A stretch of DNA of 64,000 nt from positions 223,257 to 287,256 of the forward strand of contig DF236994.1 of assembly GCA_000708835.1 (NCBI GenBank). Reading direction: 5' to 3'. The translations under genes and the position numbers were made by a program. Under the pieces are notes generated by a model, which saw only the letters and a list, made by a program, of their open reading frames with translations, ran no database searches and had not been told where the DNA came from. The stretch's first letter is position 1; each line of letters begins with the position of its first letter. Below, in pieces: positions 10,672 through 23,100 of this stretch. The DNA is from Klebsormidium nitens (lineage: Eukaryota > Plantae > Klebsormidiophyceae).

Positions 10672-13600
10672 ATGCTTTCAAAGTGCCTGAGCTCGGAGTT
10701 GCAGTGGCTATCGCGAAGGGCTGCTTGGAGGTCGTCCTGTTCTTTCGCTCAGTCCAGGCACAATGCGATACCTTCTGCAATGCCTGGATGCGGCTTTGGA
10801 GGGAACCCATTTTTAGATCTTGATGCTGTTTCCAAGAATCAGCGGGTGGTCAAAAAAGGTTCTGCAGCCAGCCAGCCAGACTCAATATTTAACAGCTCTC
10901 TGATCCATACTGCTAAGTATAGGCGCGGCGCCAAACTGGAGCACAGGAGTTGTGCCACATCAGCCGCCTCCGTCCAAGAAAGTGCTGTACCACCGGAAGC
11001 TTTTTCAAAAGAAGAGTCAACTGTGGCTTCCGCAATTCCGTCAGGCGGTGTGAAAGGTGGCCCAGCATTTGATGGTAGAGGTGGTACAAAAGGTGGTAGA
11101 ACATACTTCCCATATGGAAACCAATTTCGGATAGGAGAGCAGGTGGTGTCGCCCCGCCAGGTCATTGACATGCTTGGGGTCTTCATGGACGACAAGCGGA
11201 AGGAGAGGATGGCTCAGGTAGGGGCGTAAGGTTGAACTCACGGGTTGAGGTCTGAACATTTGAGCAGAAGTGCTGCGAGTTGAAGCTTTCTGATTCATGT
11301 GCTTCTCTTTGTGCGGACGGCGCCAGGTGGGTTCCATGAGAGCACCATGGCTTCTTAGGTTGCTCTGTAGATCTGCTATACTGGACTGAGGAAATGACAA
11401 TGTTAGCGGAGAAGAACTTCTATGTGGGGTCAGGCTTCTGATAACCAACGCCCTCACTTGTGTGCACCACCCTTGCTTATTCAGAAGCCTCAGCCAACTT
11501 TTGCCGCAATAAACAAGGTATACTGTAATGGTATGATGTGAACTCCCTTCAAAAGTGTTCATGGCCTACCATATCTGGAGAAAGATTTCGATCGCAAGGT
11601 CTGGCTTGTCTTTCTCACAAGATGTCTTTCTTCAAAATTAAAATGGCACCACAGTCATCCTCAATTGAAGGCCGGCCTTCGGAAGCTGACTTGACTGGAA
11701 GCTTAGAAACCAGGCTTGATCTTCGAGCCCCCAATGATCAATAGTAGTAGCACGGCTCTGAATAGGACGTTTTGCAGCCTTCGACAGTAGGTCGCTGATC
11801 CCAGTGTGTCTAGTCAACATCCAGAAGTTTGGGATTGTCCTTACGGTAAGGCCTCTCAGTGTAATTTTGAACATGAAAGCCATAATGCTTGATGCGCTTG
11901 ATGATACCAGCAACTTATTATTTCAATTGTTTCTGTTTAGGTTGTCGCCGGACGAACATATGGAATTGTGCCGGTTGTGGAGGGGTTGATAGACTTGGGG
12001 AACGTTGCGGCTGTGTGTCGGTCAGCAGAAGCTCTAGGCTGTCAGGTGAGATGACCGACGCTCCACTCTGCTTGCGTTTCGGTTCGGAGAGAGTTTAGGC
12101 ACCCAACTTGTGTGCATCCCACACCATCGTTCTGATAGAACTCAAAGAGCTAGGCAGTCTGATCGCGGTGCCCATACAAAACCTTTGCTAGATGCCTACG
12201 AAAGTTATGTGGTCAAAAGCGATCCGGCTCATTGGTCAACTGATTTTTAATCAGGCGCTCCAGAAATTCCTGTAAACCCCTTCGCAGAACGTCCATACAA
12301 TGGATCAGCTTGTTTAGACGAACTCTCGAATTTTCGTGCAGGAACAAAATGTCATACTCGTAATTAAGAGTAAGTCAGAACTTCGAAAATGGTCTCAACT
12401 CTCCTTTAAATCATCAACACGTTCCTGCCGCAGAATGTTCATTTGATAGAGCGGGGTGACAAGAAGTACCGGTCGAGTCAGCGGATCACGGCCGGCGCCG
12501 ACAAGTGGCTCGACTTCGAAACCTGGGGAACAACCGAGCAATGCTTTGCCGCTCTTCGGGAGAGGGGCTACAGGATAGCTGTGACGTACTGCGACGGGGG
12601 GTCCGTTTCCACTCCGATTGAGGACATGGATTGGTCGATACCTACGGCAGGTGAAGTGCATTCTGAGCTCGCTTGCGTTTTGATGACAAGCTCTATAACT
12701 AAAGACCGGAGTGCATATGCTGGTGTTTCGTGGTCCCTGCTCTTTGTTTAGACGAATACGTCTTAGGCGAACGTCGAACGGGCAAAGCTTCTGGTATCTG
12801 ATTATTCAGAACCACGAAGCGTAAGGCCAGAAAGGTGGCAGTAAATATGAAGAGCCTCCTTGTCCCGATTGTCAAAGCATTCTAATGATCGAGTTCTCAA
12901 GGTTCAGTGAGCAATTGACATAACCGCTTCCGTCCCTTAACCAGGAAACTGGTCCTCTGACACTGATCCTCCGTCCATCAGCTCAGGTTCCAGCCCCCGG
13001 ATTCCAGCCCTCTAACCTAGAACTCAGTCCTTAAACCTAGGAATCTAGCCTTCTAACCCAGTTCTAAATGCCTGCGCAATCGTTGCTGGGCAACGAGCAC
13101 GCGGGGGGTGAGCCCCGAGACAACTGCGGGCGCGGACCTGCGGCGTTTTTTCATGAACAGTCTTGTTCGAGATTCTTCTTTCCGCTAACCCTACGTCTTC
13201 GATGCAATGACCCGCCTTCCAGCTTACTATCCCAAAATCTAACCCCTGCGCAGTTGTGTTGGGTAACGAGCACGCCGGGGTGAGCCCCGAGGCCATTGCG
13301 GGCGCCGACTGCGGTAGTCGGTCCCCATGAACTATCCTGTCGACAGTTTTGGGTCCGCTAACCCTCCGTCTTCGAGTCATCAACCCAAAATTCAGCCCTC
13401 TAACCCAAAGATAAACCCCTGCGCAGTCGTGCTGGGTAATGAGCACGCCGGGGTGAGCCCCGAGGCCATCGCGGGCGCCGACCTTCAGTGCTCGATCCCC
13501 ATGGACGGGTTCGTCGACAGTTTCAACATCTCGGTTGCGGCCGCGATTATCATGCACTATGCGAAGCGGCAGCGGGTAAGCACTTTCTTCACTAACTCTC

Positions 13601-14586
13601 GTCTCGTACATACGCAGACTCAGCCATCATCGGGAATGTGTGCTTTTTCAATCGCGTCTAAATGAAGGGCCCCGGAGACTTGAAGCCCCTGCGATCGGAT
13701 CGCAAGTGACCACTCAGGTTCTATTAATGATGAAACCGTTCGTCAGTGTGAGTGGGACGTCTCGCACTCCGCTCTGTTTGTGCGGCTGTTTCATCTCCGG
13801 GCGCCTGAGCGCGTCGAGGGGCGTCTTAGCGCAGTCGGGCCCATCGCCTGTGCCACAGAATGGTCTTTTCTATGGGCCGTGTGATGTTGAAATTCTGGCA
13901 TTGAATGCTTCATATTTCACACCCCGGCCTCCTGAGAGTCCATCCCTTGAAAACATTTCGCTGCAACTTGACAAGATTCCAACTTTCTCGTACGCTGACT
14001 AAGCAACGAACAAGGAAAGCCTCTCTGACGATTTGCGTTCATTCCCTTTTTCGAAGACTGCCCGACTCGTTGACAAACTTTTTGCTGCCTCTCTTGCAGG
14101 GCCGACGCGGCGACCTGACGCCCGAGCAGCAGGAGATTCTGACCGCCGAGTTTTACCTGCGCAACAACTCGACCACGGAGGACGTGCTTCAGCACCTGCT
14201 GTCCAAGAGCAGCGTCGTGCCGCAGGTGACGCCCGCTCTAGTTCCTGAGCACTGGTTTTATATGCTTTGACTTCCACTCGTATTCCTGGACTGATGTGAA
14301 CTTGCATGCTTCTCGCTCCGCCCTAGTTTCTGCGCCATCGTCGCTCCTATGCTTACGGATTGGATCTGGTTTTTGCCCGTCGTTTCCGTCACGTTTCCAA
14401 CCTGCTTAAGGAGTCGTTCTTCTGCTACATGCTTGTTGCTTCCAAGGGGCCGTCCAACGTCGTTGCGTATTCTCGAAAAGCAAGCGTGATTCTGCACCAC
14501 ACTTGGTGCAACGAACAACACCGGAAGAGTGAACGTAACAGCTAAGCGCCTGTTCGGATTTGCAGGGCCTTCGATCGAAACTCTGA
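10672..14586 (+). CDS. trmH: TrmH/SpoU-family tRNA/rRNA 2'-O-methyltransferase with N-terminal organellar-targeting-like extension. Exons 10672-11217, 11941-12045, 12434-12650, 13427-13575, 14100-14225, probable last exon 14566-14586 (alternatively read-through to the stop at 14270)
   Basis: SPOUT motifs VVEGLIDLGNVAAVCRSAEALG, AGADKWLD, VVLGNEHAGVS and SIPMDGFVDSFNISVAAAIIMH. Splice phases are consistent. The terminal exon is uncertain. Confidence 0.9.
13071..13480 (+). repeat. Tandem array of approx. 174-bp units, each containing the acceptor and 5' part of TrmH exon 13427-13575; the third unit is the real exon
   Basis: CCTGCGCA at 13071, 13245 and 13418, each followed by a variant of GT.GTG.TGGG.AA.GAGCACGC.GGGGTGAGCCCCGAG. 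CCGCTAACCCT.CGTCTTCGA is also repeated. Confidence 0.92.
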
Positions 14587-16076
14587 AAGAGCCGCGGCAT
14601 GCAGCCGACAGCGATGCGTAAACCAAACTGTTGTATATGAATACTTCCATGAGCGTCAAGGTTAGTGCTGGATACAGGAAGAGGCTTGAATTGCGAAATA
14701 GGGCGGGTACGGGTGCCGCAAAGGGAAGACCTGGATGCCTTGAGCACCTCCGTTGAAGCTTTCGCGGCTTGTTACAATCAGAAGCAATTGTGGTCGCTGC
14801 TTACATTGGCTTGATTCTATCGCGGGCATAAGCAGCTAGCTGACCTAGCCGCCTTTCTCAACATTCGTTGGTGAAATCTGACCCTTACGTTTATATGTCC
14901 GTTCGCTCTGCTCATGCCACGAAAGAAATCCGAGATCCGAAGATTCAAGATAGCAAGTGGAAGGCAATAGGTGATTGTCGTATGCGAAATGTGTTTGGTA
15001 TGCAGACCTACCACAACGACAATTAACTGGCTCATGTCCGACACGTCGGCATACCTTTGGACACTCTGTGTTTCGCCGGCCGGGCATTTCTCAAAATTAC
15101 TGCGCTGCCGATCCTGTTCATCATGCCATTTCCAAACATGGTATAATGCAGTCATGTCGCGGTCTGTCTTGTCACGGTGGCGCATGATTGAATGTTTATC
15201 GAGCGCTGAATGTTGCATGGCCGGCACAGAGTTTGCAGCAGCCTCTTCACGTCGGAGGCCCTGTTGGACTAGCCTGTTACTGGCAAGCTAGGGGCAATTC
15301 GAGTGCTGCCGATTGACGGTCCTGTCCACAAATTGCCGAAGTGAGTCCCACTTGTGGACTCAGAGCCTCAGCGGCCTGAGCCCTGCATCTGGCTCAGAGG
15401 CTGCCGGGCATGCCCTTAAAACCCAAGTGGGGCGGTTGATTTACTTCGGCATGTTCATCATGCAACTATCAGGAGCGATATTTTTTGCGTGACCGTCACA
15501 TGGCTGCTTGCAGCAACTGCACCATCCTAGAGTACAGAAAGCTATAGTTGGGATTGACGCTTTCCATCCTCATGACATCCAGCCTGTATGCCGGGTTAAC
15601 TCGAACGAATCTGAGATGAGCCGCTCCAGTCGGTTCATGCAACTTGTGCGTGGCCGCGGGACGAGGTCAGAGAGCAGGTTGATATCCATAAAAGTCTGGC
15701 ATTGTCTCTGACGAAGCGTATAACATGGACGGGCCGGCTCCTTGAGCGGGTTCTCTTCGGCGCTGTCTGCGATGAACCTTTTGAATTGCTGGCCGGCCAA
15801 AGAAAAAGGTCATGATCACATCCGGGACTCGCATTTCAAGCAGCGCTTAGTACAGAGAACCGGATTTGACAGACGGTTTCACATGACCTAACAGCCGCGT
15901 GTGTTCTGGCATCCAGGAAACCCGAGCACTCTAAGCAAGGTCCCGCACCCAAAAGTCGAGGCGGTCGGCATCCGCATGCACCCTAACCCCCAAGCCAACC
16001 CCACCCGATCCCCGACTTCTTTGCCTATACATGCTTATGCTTTACATGACACGTGTCAGGTTAGCGCCAGCTCAAG

Positions 16077-18909
16077 TCACGGATTGGCGCTCGATTCCTC
16101 CACAGTGAGGCCGCGCCGCAAACTGGCGGCCAGTCCCCCCACCGGGTCTGACGCGGTGGGTACCACGACGACCGGGACCGGGCTGTTGTGCACCACATGG
16201 TTGCTGACGCTGCCCAGGAAGAGTCTGAAAAGAAGGAAGGGAAATGGAGCGTCAGATGGGTCCTCCCGGGATTGTTTGCTGACCTTAACGACAAAATAGA
16301 AGAGAAGCATCGATGTTCAAGACGAAAGTCGTTGGCCAATCGGACGCAAAGTCACGGGTATCAGGAGGCGTATCAGACGGCCAAGATTTGGTGATTGCGA
16401 AAGACTTTTCTTGGGGTTTCTTGGGGTAGTGCTTTTCTTATCAGGGACGAAGACGAAGGCAGTGTTGCATCTCCAGTCACACGGAGTCTGATCAAAAGGG
16501 CGGCTGGCTGAAACGGGATAATTTGAAACCTGACTCGGGACCTCATAAAGAGTAGTACCATCGGTTAGACGCAACGGACCTGTATGTGGACTCCAAGTGG
16601 GAAGATGCATGAAAACAGTTCTTTGAGTACAAATTCCTGCTGTGAACCTGGAAGTTAGCACGCTTAACCACTGCCGTCGACGTGGGTCAAGGCTTACTTC
16701 CTCTTGTAACAGCGGGATGAGGTTAATCCAATACTTCCGTTGTGATTGGAGGATGACTCAATGAATCGAAAGTAACGGCTAGGGGTTACTTTCTGTCAGA
16801 AGTAGGTTCCAGCGATGTGAATTAAGGCTGACCACTCACCGCGACATCGGGTTAAGGCCCCGGCTGCCCATAACCACCAAGTCCACCGGATGGCTGTTCA
16901 GGTGCTTGAGGAGCTCTGAGCGCGGGTCGCCTGCAACGACCGCGAAGGTGCACGGAACGGACTGCAACGGAAAACGGGAAGTCGATTCTTTTGGTTCTTA
17001 AGGCTGAAGGATTCTCATGATTGTATAGATAAATGGCGAGATTCACCTTGATTGTTGACATCGTTTGGAATAGTCCCGCAGTCTTACTAGGAAAAGTAAG
17101 GAGTTGTCTGGCAAGACGGCAGCCATGCACTTCTGCCGTTGTTAAATGCTCCCAAAGATCAAAGCGGATGTACTCAAAAGAAGTGTTCGCGCGTGGTCTA
17201 ATTCTCAAGCAACTACGTGTTCTTGATTCGTGTTAAACCCGAAGATACGATATGAAATAAGGCACGAGAACAAGAACTGAGCCTTCGTGCGAGACTTTGA
17301 CCGGCCAAAGATGAGTTAGTGAAATGTCTGAGAACCTTTTTTGGTTATTGTTCACGAGGAGAAGATTTCGATACTAGACATGACTGACGCCCCGAACGTT
17401 GCACGTCCACACCCCGCGATGTCCAGAAAAGGCTGCCGCCACACCAGTGCTTTTTATCAGAACAGCCAACGAGCTGGTGACGCAAGCATGACGCCACGAT
17501 CCGCAGCACGCGCGCGCGCTCACCCCGGACGTGCCGGCCAGTTTGTGCAACTCGTTGACGGCCTCGGTCAGCCGGCGGCCCTCCTGCTCCTGGAGGGTCC
17601 GCCGTGTGCCCTCGCTGACGGTGTCGAAGAAGCCCGGGGCTGCACGGAGGGGACACGGATTCGACTGATCAAATTACTGTCTCCAAACTCAAATGTTGTG
17701 GGGCGTCCCTTTCTGATTCAAAGCAAAAGGAGCCAATGACCAAGATGCTCGAGTTTGGAGCTGCCGGGTAACCCCCTGCCAGCGGAAACCTTCTACGACT
17801 ATGATTGAGCTTCGGGAGATTGTCTTTGAGGCCGTGTTCATTCTTTCATCGCAGCATCTTACAGTATCAGACTCGGCCTTCAACAAACGAGCCTTTGAAC
17901 TATAGATCTGCATGTACCAAACATTCCTTTCTTGGTCATTTTTGCAACCGCCTCTCTTGTTGATGAAGCGTCGCGAAATTGAGATGGCTCCTTTTGGTCA
18001 TTGGAGAACTGGCCAGCGGTTCCATTTCCCACCAAACGAAAGACAAACTCACACCGAGCTTTTCTCTAGCACCAACGAGAAGCCAATGAACCAGAAAAAT
18101 GATACAAATCGTACAGCTTTCGTGTCTTGCAAACGAGCGACTCAACGTCTACTGTTCTCCTTTTAGGGTTTCTTATAATCGAGCAAAACCCATTTAGGCC
18201 GACGAATGAACAGGGCTCGTGTTTCTGGATGAAGGGCCTCAAAGGTCTGCACTTCCCGTGTTTTGCGACAACCACCAGAAAAGTAGAGCGAAAAATGAAC
18301 GGGGCTATGGCTCAATACAGCGACTCGAAAGTCTGCTGATCCTGCTCTACTGAAATCAACGAGCACAACCACATTGGGAAGAGTCAACAAGGTTTGTGTC
18401 TCAAATCCGAGCAGCTCAAAGGTCCGCTGATCCCGTTTTCTTCAAAGACCAAGGAGCAAAACCAAACGAGAGAGAGAAAACACCAAGGATATTCTCCCAC
18501 GATAGAGCGAACTCAAAAGGTCTGCCTTGCGCGATGTGTTAAAAAACCGGCGAGCAGAAGCAAAGTTGAGAGGGGGTAAAACAGGCTCATGTCTCACGAT
18601 ATAGCACCTGAAAGGTCGTACTCTTCAATGTTCAACGAGCAGAACCAAACTGAGGGTGGAGGAATCAGAAGCTCTCTTACGGTATAGCGACTCAAAGGCC
18701 TGGAACAGCACCAGGTCGTCGCCGCGCTCCCTGCTCGCAATCTTGTCCCGCGCAAACTCGAACGCGCTCCTGGCCCCGAGGGAACCATCGAACGCGCACA
18801 GAATGTGGCGCTCCGCGGGCTCGGCCTGCGGGGTTTCGGAGGGTTTGGGCGACGTCGGCGGCGCGGTCTCCGCGCCTAACTTGGGCTGGTCTTGCGCAGC
18901 GGGCTCCAT
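16077..18909 (-). CDS. Universal stress protein A (USP) domain protein. Exons 18909-18681, 17639-17524, 16961-16840, 16224-16077
   Basis: Motifs HILCAFDGS, GDPRSELL..DLVVMGSRG and LFLGSVSNHVVHNSPVPVVVV are diagnostic of USP domains. Junction phases 1/0/2 are consistent. Confidence 0.92.
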
Positions 18910-20161
18910 CTCTTTCCTTCTCAAACGAAGCTTGACTTTCTGTTGGGTGCCGCCCTCTCCCTTCACATCGACTCCTCCTCGACGATCGAAAGAGACAGCC
19001 TCCGGTGTGGTGACGAGCCAGGGCAATCTTGCGAAGACTGAGCCTTCTTCGGCCGCAAGAGCAAGCTCAAGCCAAGAGCTTTCTTGTACAAGCGTTTCTT
19101 TCGTTTGGAAACGAGGCCACCCGCAAGCTCATCAATGTGGATGAAGTCTGTGGACTGGGATGATTCGTCTGCAAATGAGTACGGGAGCTGCGCGGGCTTG
19201 CTGGTTGGGGGTCGGAGACTGCATGTCAAGCGGGGCGAATCGTGCATGCTAGCTGCTATCGTCAATGTGAAAATCGCCTACTGACGGTATCCGATTTGCC
19301 TAACGTTGACGGGGGGAGGCTGCGGTTGCCTTGATCAAAGTCGATTGAGCGTGAGGAGAATCCGATCCGAGATAAGACTTTGGTCATGCGTACAACACCC
19401 TGACACTTCATACGAACACGAAAGAAGGCTGCCGTGGACCTCAGTACCGCTATACTCGACTCAGGTTCGCACTGCTCATCTTGATCATAATCGATCCCTG
19501 AAGCTGATCTCGAAGCCAGCCGATCGATCTCCAACCTCGCCGGCCGTCTTGCCGGGTTCCAGCAGACGTTCCAGTCAATGGTGACTTGATGCCTTGTCAG
19601 CGCGTCAGTGTGCGGCCCCTGAGCGAGCTGTGCGTCGTGTGATCAGTCTAATTCAATCAATCTCCGCATGTAATGACGTCCCGCGTATCAGAATCCCCCA
19701 ATATGCAGCAACCACGGAAGTACAGGATTGGGACAAGTTGCAGCCGCGAGATAAATTCTACTGCAGGCGCTGCACAATACTTGCCGCCAGTTGAGGCCTG
19801 CGACCCAACCTCTAGACGTCAGCTACTGCCTCAACAAACTGATCCGTGAAGACTCCAAGACCATGCGATCCTTTCAACCCATCGCAAGCTTGGGGTCTGC
19901 AACACCATGCAGATTGGAATGCAATCCACATTGATAAGGTACCCGCAGAAGGGTACCAGACCCGCCCGTTGGGTATGAACGGCAACGGATTGCAATCACC
20001 CGTCATGCTTAAAATCTCCAACCGTTTGTTTGAAGTAATCGTGACCTCCTTGACTGAGGTGACCACAATTCCTCGACCAAGACAACGATGAAAGTGGGTA
20101 GACGATACTAGCATCTCGAAGTGCGTGCATGGACTGACGTCACAGTGGGCACGACTACACG

Positions 20162-23100
20162 TCAATCCTCTAGAAAGTAGTCCTCTGCCGCCTCTTCCGA
20201 ATCCGAACTGCTCCCGTCCGTTCTCCGGCCCGCGGCGACACGCGGCGCGGCTCCGTTGCCCCGCGCTTTGGGCTCCGCGCCCGCATTCTCCCCGTCCAAC
20301 CCGTCGCTCATCTCCAGCACCCCGTCCGGCGACAAAGTCGCGGTCGCCGTCATCCTCTGCGCAACTCTCTCTCGTTTCGGCGACACGGCTGCCGCGTCGC
20401 TCCGCCGAGTCGCCAACCCCGATAAAGTTCCCGCCAACAGCACATCCTCCGCCGCTCGAAGGCCCGGATCGCCCCCCCGCGAGCCGTTTCCGGAGGGATC
20501 CCCCCGCCCCGACCCGCTCGCGCCCGCCGTCTCCTGCAACGCCCGTGCAAGCACTTCTTTTTCGATTTCCCCCGCCTGGGGCGGCCTATCTTTCACCCCC
20601 CCGACCAGCTTCGGCCCCTTCTTCCCGGGCGCCCGCACTTCCTCCTCTGCGCGCCCGCTTACGCTCGGCTCCTCGACGGCCCACTGGCCCTCATACGCTA
20701 TGACCACCACGTCCGGACGCTTGTTGCTGTACTTTCGGACGGCCCCCCGGATCGCCTGCGCCACCTCCTTTTCGATCACCGAGAGCGGCTGGTTCGCGGC
20801 GATCCGTTTCAGGCATCGCTGGGCCTCGGTTTGCATGACGCCGAGCAGTTTTCCGTGGTCCACCCACATGCATCGTGTCGTGATGCGTATCCGTGCCTTC
20901 AACCCGTACGGCTCCTTTCCGTCCTGGTATTGCTGCGCGCTCGCCAGGACGCGCGTGCCGGCGGGCCGCGTGATTTCGAGGCTATGGCCAAAACGAAGGA
21001 AGCTGATTAGAAGGTTGAATATGACGGCGCCAAAGAGTGCTACGGAGTCTGTCTGTCCAATTGATGGTTATGCTGGCTCCCCAATGGGTTTGGTAAGTGT
21101 GCTTTAGGCAGTCTGTCGCTGAAGGCTGTCGCGGAAGCGGTGCACACTCGGAACTTAGGCGAAACAGCACAACTCAGTGCTGTTTGAAACAAAAGGAACG
21201 ACGCGGCAAGCTGCTTCACTGCGGAAGACGGAGTCAAGCCTTGGATCCTACCACGCGATTAAGGCCGCACGAACGATTTGAGAGCTTACAAGAATTGCTT
21301 GCAAGGCTTCTCTGCTAATGAATCTTGGAAGGTCCTCTTTCTTCCTACCGAGGACCTTTCAGTCGAGTCAGCGGGGCCAAGGAGAAAGTAGGGAGGGCAC
21401 TTGCCTGGCGATTACCATCCCCTCGACAGCGATGTGCATCCGCTCGGCGATCGCCATCTCGTGAGACGACCCCGTCGCACGATCGCCGTCGTTGTATTGC
21501 AACTGCAGCAAAGAAAACGAAGTCAGACGAACTGCCACGTAATTTTTAATCAAGAGATGTCGATAAACAGGAGTATGCATACCAGACAGCATGCGCATCA
21601 ATGAGCTGGTGATGCGTCAGGGCGAAGCTTTGCTTTTTGGCAAGTGGTTGCCGTCTCACCAAAATCGTCCTAGCCATAACTGGCCCGCCAGGTCGAAAGC
21701 TTGAGTTGGGACCATGTCGAGTCAGAGATTCTTGTCGAACTATTACCTCAATGAAAAATCGAAGCTCGTGGCTTCAAAGCTTACTTCCTCTCCCACTTTA
21801 CGGGCGCTCTCACTTTGCGGGCGTGAAAGTCGTCTCACCTTCAAGTTTTGTTGGCCCATCAGGGCTAGTTGACCGGTGGTTACCGTGTTCTTGTTCCGGA
21901 GGGGGGCCACTCCGAGCATTTCACCATTCTTGATGACCTGCAAAATGGATCTTAAGGGTTAAAGCGGCGAGATCTCAGTGCTGGTGGCCGCAAAGGTAGC
22001 TGCTCTGTGGCCACGGACTATGTTAGTAGCAAAGAGTAGCTTAAATGTTATCGAGAAACCCGTCGCTTCCGAATCTCTTGGTCTTACCTCTGTCCAGACA
22101 GCAGATTCCGTGCAACAGGGGCAACCACCGCGCTTCCGCCGAGTCTTTGAGGGGCAACAAATTTTGCCTACGTGGCTCTTAATCGAGGTTCAGCTAGTCC
22201 TTGTCAGCCCACAATGGACCTCACTTCGTTCAAGGACCTCAAATGAATTTCGAAATTGATTCCTCCTCCAAGAAAAAGAGTACCCAGGTTATAACTGAAG
22301 CTCCCAACTCCGTTCTCCAAACCGAAACATAGAGACATTCCTCCTCACCGTGGTATGCCGGATCCCCTGTTGCCGCGCCAGCTGTTCGTGCGCCTTCAGG
22401 AACGCGTACTCGCCGTGCACCGGCAGAAAGTGCTGCGGCTGGCACAGCCGGATCACTTCCTCCTGCTCGTCGGAGTACGCGTGTCCTGACGTGTGCAACC
22501 GCTCCCCGCGCCCCATCGCGATCGCGGGCCCGAGCTCCGCGATGCGGTTCATCATGCGAACGACACGTGTCTCGTTTCCAGGGATCATCTTGGCAGAGTA
22601 GAGGACGAGGTCGTCTTTGTTGAGCTTCAGGTTCTTGCTGCCGCCGAAGGAGGCCAGGTTGAGGGCCGCGCGCGGCTCGGCCTGCAAAAAAGAGGTGATT
22701 TGGCTTTTAAGAGCTCTAGGAGAACATGGAAAGTCTTCTAAAGGAGCCAAAGATTACCCTGCAGGGATCTTCGGCTCTGTGCCGTCTCGTTCTGATGAAA
22801 GTAGTGATGGTTCTAACATTTCCTCTTTACGGCCACCCTCAGCGGTTCTATGTTCGGGGGAAGATTTGAGGCCATTCAATGGCACATGTACAGCTTATAG
22901 ATTGGAAAACGCTCTTCACTTCTTTTCGCTCAGAAGGACAAGTTGCCCATCTCCACACTGAAGTGGCTAAGATGGCCAAAGTCCGTCGCTTTCTGAGGCA
23001 TGGCTGCGAGGTCTCCAAGCACATTCAAGAGTCTGCAACGTTCTGTTACGTGGACACAGCTGCGAGCACGGACCTGAGAGCCGGTGGTGACGATAAGCAA

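Noticed and set aside
13071-13480. Regularly spaced repeats resembling a CRISPR array
   Set aside because: Eukaryotic intron; the units are about 174-bp copies of the adjacent exon edge, there are no unique spacers and no cas genes.
13254-13489. Intron gain by splicing from TrmH copy 2 (GACTGCG|gt) to the AG inside the real exon (CTTCAG|TGC)
   Set aside because: The donor is phase 1 and the acceptor needs phase 0, so the join would frameshift.
15570-15800. PRPRTSCMNRLERL as a Tc1/IS630 transposase third-motif look-alike
   Set aside because: Similarity is too weak, no other DDE motifs or TIRs were found, and an exon interpretation fits better.
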